Source: Paraspadella gotoi (lineage: Eukaryota; Animalia; Chaetognatha). Taken from it: 64,000 nt of DNA. The stretch covers positions 220,294 through 284,293 of the forward strand of contig CM119265.1 of NCBI GenBank assembly GCA_051294375.1, written 5' to 3'. Each line of letters starts with the position of its first letter. The first letter of the stretch is position 1. The notes under the pieces are model-generated. The model saw only the letters and a list, made by a program, of their open reading frames with translations. It was not told the DNA's origin and did not search any database. Positions 59,173-64,000 of the stretch are shown here, piece by piece. The position numbers were made by a program, and so were the translations under genes.

Positions 59173-60294
59173 ATGAGTGACTCTCGCGAGACTCGACAAA
59201 GCGCCCGGCAACGTCAACAGGCGACACTCAACGTCCCCGTCATTTCCGGCCGCGGAAGAGGCTCGCGTGAAAACTCTCCCAATAGTATTGTCGGCTCTCT
59301 CGCCGCTCCAGCATTCGAATATCCGCCAGCAACAGATTTAGAAGTTTTTGCCGACGCGGAAGACGACGAAATGGCCGCCGCCGCCCTAGGTGAAACTGAG
59401 GCCCTTCGAACGGCTCTCGCGACTGCTCTTGCCGCTTTAGAAAAGAAAAGGAAGCCTGATCTGCCTGCCTTCGACTCAAAAAACATCGACGTATGGCTCC
59501 GCCGAGTCGAAGCAGCTTATATTCGATCAAACGTCAGGGATGCAAAAGAAAAATTTGCACATTTAGAGTCCAAGATTGACGTCAACTTGAACCCGCGTAT
59601 CAACGCCTATCTCTATGGCGAGCAGTCAGAGAGGCGCTGGAACGAATTCGTCCAATACTTACAGAAGGAGTATGGTACTACTCCACGCCAGCAGGCAGCG
59701 ACTCTCCTCGACGGATTTGGGCGAGACGGCCTCCGCCCGTCTCAGCACCTCGCGCGTCTGGAAGAAAAAATAAAGGCGGTCACTATCGACGACCTCAAAA
59801 AGGAAACCATCGTCAGAGGACTGCCCCTGGAGATCCAGCGCGCCCTCGAGGGAAAGATCGACACGCTCACCGCTTCTCAAGTAGCCGACGAGGCAGACAA
59901 GTATTTCGATCAGGAGGGACGGCCCAAATTAGCCGCCCCGTCCTCAACCATCAACGCAGCACTGCTCGAGCAGCTCGTCGACGGCGACGACACAGATAGC
60001 GGCGGCGAGGCCGACGTTAACGCAGTGGGAGGCCCACGCCGCGACCGCAGCCGCCCGTCGACCGGTAATTGGAGAGCAGCAGCATCGAAGACCTCGTCGA
60101 GCAGCTCACGACCGCCAAACGGCTCGTCAAGCAGTTCCCGCCCGCCCAACCAAAAGTTGAAGCAAATTTGTCGCTACCATCTCAAATTTGGCGACGCGGC
60201 CTTCAAGTGTGAACGTGGCTGCGCCCGCAGGAGCGACTTTATGGAAAGGCAAAACTCTAAGCCGGGAAACGGAGTAGCGGGGCCGCGGAGGTGA
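59173..60294 (+). CDS. gag: Gag (373 aa), family B copy 3
   Basis: CRYHLKFGDAAFKCERGC knuckle. Confidence 0.92.
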   Translation: MSDSRETRQSARQRQQATLNVPVISGRGRGSRENSPNSIVGSLAAPAFEYPPATDLEVFADAEDDEMAAAALGETEALRTALATALAALEKKRKPDLPAFDSKNIDVWLRRVEAAYIRSNVRDAKEKFAHLESKIDVNLNPRINAYLYGEQSERRWNEFVQYLQKEYGTTPRQQAATLLDGFGRDGLRPSQHLARLEEKIKAVTIDDLKKETIVRGLPLEIQRALEGKIDTLTASQVADEADKYFDQEGRPKLAAPSSTINAALLEQLVDGDDTDSGGEADVNAVGGPRRDRSRPSTGNWRAAASKTSSSSSRPPNGSSSSSRPPNQKLKQICRYHLKFGDAAFKCERGCARRSDFMERQNSKPGNGVAGPRR

Positions 60295-63200
60295 ACGCCG
60301 TGCCCCGCTCTACCGACGACTCACCAGACTCGTATCTCCTTCACGTAGTGGATGCCAGCGACGGCCGTCACTGGCTGGTGGATGGCGGAGCTCTGCTCTC
60401 GCTCACTCCGCCAACTCCGGAGCAACGAGCGGCGGGTCCTACGGGAGCACAATTGCAGGCGGCGAACGGTAGCCCGATCGCGTGTTATGGTATTGCCCAT
60501 CGTCGAATAACTTTAGGCCCAAGAATTTTTCCGTTCGACGTGCTAATCGCGGACGTGACACAGAACATACTTGGAGCTGATTTTCTTGCTGAGTACTATC
60601 TCGCCCCGAACCATCGCGATGGCATATTACTTGACCTTCGGGACTACTCGACTATACCCTGCGCAGTCACCCGTGGAACCCCCCCTTCGCACGTCAATTT
60701 CGTCGACCAAAAGGAGAACATTTACTATCAACTTCTCGACAAATACCCTTCTCTCTCCAAGCCGAGCTTCGAACTCAAAGAGCCTAAGCACGGGGTCCGC
60801 CACCATATACCGACGGAAGGACGCCCCTGTCAAGCCAGAGCCCGCCGCCTAGATCCAGAAAAGCTAGCGGTGGCGAAAGCGGAGCTTGAGAAGATGGTGG
60901 CGCTGGGCATCGCAAAGCGTTCAAAAAGCGCCTGGTCGTCGCCTATCCTCTGCGTCCCAAAATCAGACGGAGGATGGCGGGTTTGTGGCGACTTTCGACG
61001 CCTCAATTCAATGACAAAGGACGACAAGTACCCAGTGAAGCTGCTAGCTGATTTCAACGCGCAGCTTGCTGGGAAGAAGATTTTCTCCAAGGTCGATCTA
61101 TTGAAGGGATACCATCAGATCCCAGTAGCGGATGAGGACGTTGTCAAAACGGCGGTGATCACGCCTTTTGGTTTGTTCGTCTTCCTGAGAACCCCGTTCG
61201 GCCTTAAAAGACGGCCGGAACAGGATTTTCAGCGGAAATGATGGACGAAATCCTGGGCGACGTCCCCCACACTTATGTGTATCTAGACGACATCCTCGTC
61301 GCCAGTGACGACGAGGAACAACACGCACATGATCTCGAGCAGGTCTTCAAGGCCCTCGCTAGCAACGGTTTAGTCGTCAATCGCAAAAAGTGTGAACTTG
61401 GAAAGAAATCTCTGGAGTTCCTGGGGTACTTGGTAGACGCATCAGGTGTCAAGCCACTTCCGAAGAAGGTCGACGCGATTCGCGCCACCAATCCCCCGAC
61501 CACCATCAAAGAACTCCAGCGGTTCTTGGGAATGGTTAATTACTACCGTCGCTTCCTTCCCAAGGCCGCTCATCACGCCGCCGCCCTATATGACGCGTTA
61601 GCCGGCAAGCCCAAGCAACTTGTGTGGACACCAGCCTGCTCCACAGCCTTCGAGGCGGTCAAGGAAGCCCTAGCGAACGCAGCGCTACTCCGACACCCTC
61701 GCACTAACGCCCAACTCTCCCTGACTACCGACGCCTCCGACATTGCTGTCGGCGCCGTCCTCGAGCAGCGTAGCGGCGACGGATGGGAGCCGCTAGCGTT
61801 TTTCTCGNNNNNNNNNNACGACGCTCAAAGGAGATGGCCGCCCTTTGATCGAGAACTGTACGGGGCGTTCAGAGCGGTCCGCCACTTCCGCCACTGGCTG
61901 GAGGGCCGGTCGTTTACGTTATACACCGACCACCAGTCTCTTATTCACGCTCTCCACAAACGTGCAGAACCACAGACCACTCGACACAATTTTCAACTGT
62001 CAGTGATCTCCGAATTTACGACAGACATTCGCCATGTGCGCGGGAAGGCTAACGTTGTGGCAGACGCCCTCTCCCGACCAAATCCGCCACCTTCGATCGC
62101 CACAGTCGACAAACCCGTCCCCAACGAAAAAGTCGAGGACCTCATCGGCACAGTGAACGCGATCGGACAGGAAGGCATAGACTTGGAAGAGATGGCGCGC
62201 CACCAAGCCCTCGACAAGGACTACCAGCGCCTCGCCAACGACGCCAGGACTGGACTGAGCTTCAGAAAGGTCAGACTCGGCGAGCAGGAGCTGCTCGTCG
62301 ACGTGTCGAACGGCCCAGCCCGCCCCTTCGTCCCCGAGGCATGGCGACGGCGAATTTTCGACGCCGTGCACGGCCTTGGCCACCCAGGCGTCGCCAGGAC
62401 TCGCGAGACCATCTCCTCCAAGTTCGTTTGGCCATCAATACGCGCCGACACCACGCGCTGGGCAAGGGAATGCATTCCTTGCCAGCAAGCGAAAGTAACG
62501 CGCCATATAACTCCCAACATCGGCGAATTCAACGTGCCTGCCCGGCGTTTCCAGCACCTAAACGTCGACATTACCATCATGCCCGCTTCAAACGGCTATG
62601 GCTATCTTTTAACCGTTGTCGATCGTTTGTCAAGATGGCCGGCGGCACTGCCGATGAAAGACATGTCTTCAACCACAGTGGTCGACACGCTCGTCCATGG
62701 TTGGATTTCGACGTTTGGAGTTCCATCAGATATAACCACCGATAGGGGCGCTCAATTCAATTCGGCAACTTGGACGCAACTCGCTCAATCTTGGGGCATT
62801 CGACATCACCAGACCGCAGCGTACCATCCGCAAGCTAACGGCCTGGTGGAACGCTTCCACCGTCGACTCAAAGAGGCGCTCATCGCCCTCGCCGTCGAGG
62901 AACCTCATCAGTGGTTTTGGCGCCTCCCTTCGGCGTTACTCGCCATCAGGACAACCGTCAAACCCGACGTCGGCGCCTCNNNNNNNNNNCTCGTCTTCGG
63001 GGAAGGCCTGACAGTCCCCGGTGATTTGCTTCCTCCGACTCCAGCCGACGAGCAACTTCATGATCAACGTCGCATCATTCGGAACAATTTACGCCTCGAG
63101 GTCGAGCGCCTCCAGCCTACCGAAACTTCTACGCATCGATCCCCTAACGTTTACCTCCCCGATTCGCTTGTGGAGGCGACACACGTTTTCGTTCAACGTC

Positions 63201-63844
63201 CCGGCGTCAAACCACCCCTCACCGCGCCTTACCAGGGCCCCTTCCGCGTCGTCTCACGCGACAATTTAAACTTTCGAGTGGACATCCCTGGTCGAGGCGT
63301 CGAGACGGTGGCCATCGCCCGTATCAAGCCGGCAACGGTCTGGAGGGACGACAACAACGAAGAACGCGTTTTCCAACCGCCACCACCCCCTTCACCACCT
63401 CCTCCGGGNNNNNNNNNNGGTCCTCGAACCCGTCAACCAACGTCAACAACCCGTGTTACTCGATCATCGACTCGAGCCTCAAACCTCCAGCGTCAAGCTC
63501 CTCCAAATCAATTGGCTTCGCTAACCNNNNNNNNNNAGGACAACAACGACGACGATGGCGACGACGAACTCGTTGATACCTTTCAGCGTTCAAAAGCTCA
63601 ACCGGAAGCTCAAGCGTCAACGCCAAACAACGCTAGTGAAACGGGCAACCATGGCGACCAAAATAAAGATTCTCCAGCGACGCCAGCGCCAACACTCCCG
63701 TTTGGCGCGCCTCCGTCGTCACCACCGGTCGAATCAGCGCCACCGTCAGCGCCACCGGAAGCTACAAGACCACGCCCACAGCTAGAAAGATTCTCGAGAC
63801 CGGCGCCCAACGATTTCTCTTATAAAACTGTAAATAGATCCTGA
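60291..63844 (+). CDS. pol: Pol, family B copy 3; frameshift near 61210-61240 probably an error; C-terminus truncated
   Basis: ORFs 60291-61241 and 61238-63844 together give PR-RT-RH-IN. Confidence 0.9.
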
Positions 63845-64000
63845 CAGGATTCGAACCTCGAACTCAGGCCCTGGGACGCCGATGGTTTAACCACTCGACC
63901 AGCCAGGAGGCCATGTTTCATCGATGTTTCTAAAGCCTTTTAAAGCTTTAATATGTTTCGACGCCTTTTGTTTTTCATTCATTTGTCTGTTCATCAGAGA
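63838..64000 (+). mobile_element. LTR fragment of an A/C/D-type element with an antisense tRNA-like unit (63839-63908, minus strand)
   Basis: Reverse complement TCCTGGC-TGGTCGAGTGG...GGCGTCCCAG...AGGTTCGAATCCT-GTCAGGA. Downstream TTTAAAGCTTTA and CCTTTTGTTT resemble the family C LTR. Confidence 0.65.

Larger units (their letters stand above)
58237..63837 (+). mobile_element. Family B-related Gypsy element copy 3, 3'-truncated
   Basis: 5' LTR 58237-59120, PBS TGGTGATCCGCGACGT at 59122-59137, gag and pol. Confidence 0.95.

Overview
Eukaryotic telomeric/subtelomeric DNA. (TTAGGG)n/(CCCTAA)n tracts alternate with about a dozen complete or partial Ty3/Gypsy LTR retrotransposons from at least five related families (labelled A-F here). 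They show CsRn1/kabuki/Boudicca-clade hallmarks: a CHCC gag knuckle, a Trp-like PBS and PR-RT-RH-IN order. No host genes are visible. Key observation: the cleanly readable LTR ends next to repeat tracts join them at one phase, a 4-bp GGGT/ACCC target inside TA-GGGT-TA, in both orientations. This suggests telomere-repeat-targeted LTR retrotransposons forming arrays. All families carry an outward-facing antisense tRNA-like (A-box/B-box) cassette in the LTR (at the outer edge in A, C, D and F). They also share a DGGA protease motif, a covarying -1 frameshift hairpin and a conserved C-terminal integrase peptide behind a hypervariable Pro-rich linker. The assembly is rough (N gaps, indel-rich segments, duplicated blocks), so copy number, element order and many frameshifts are unreliable.
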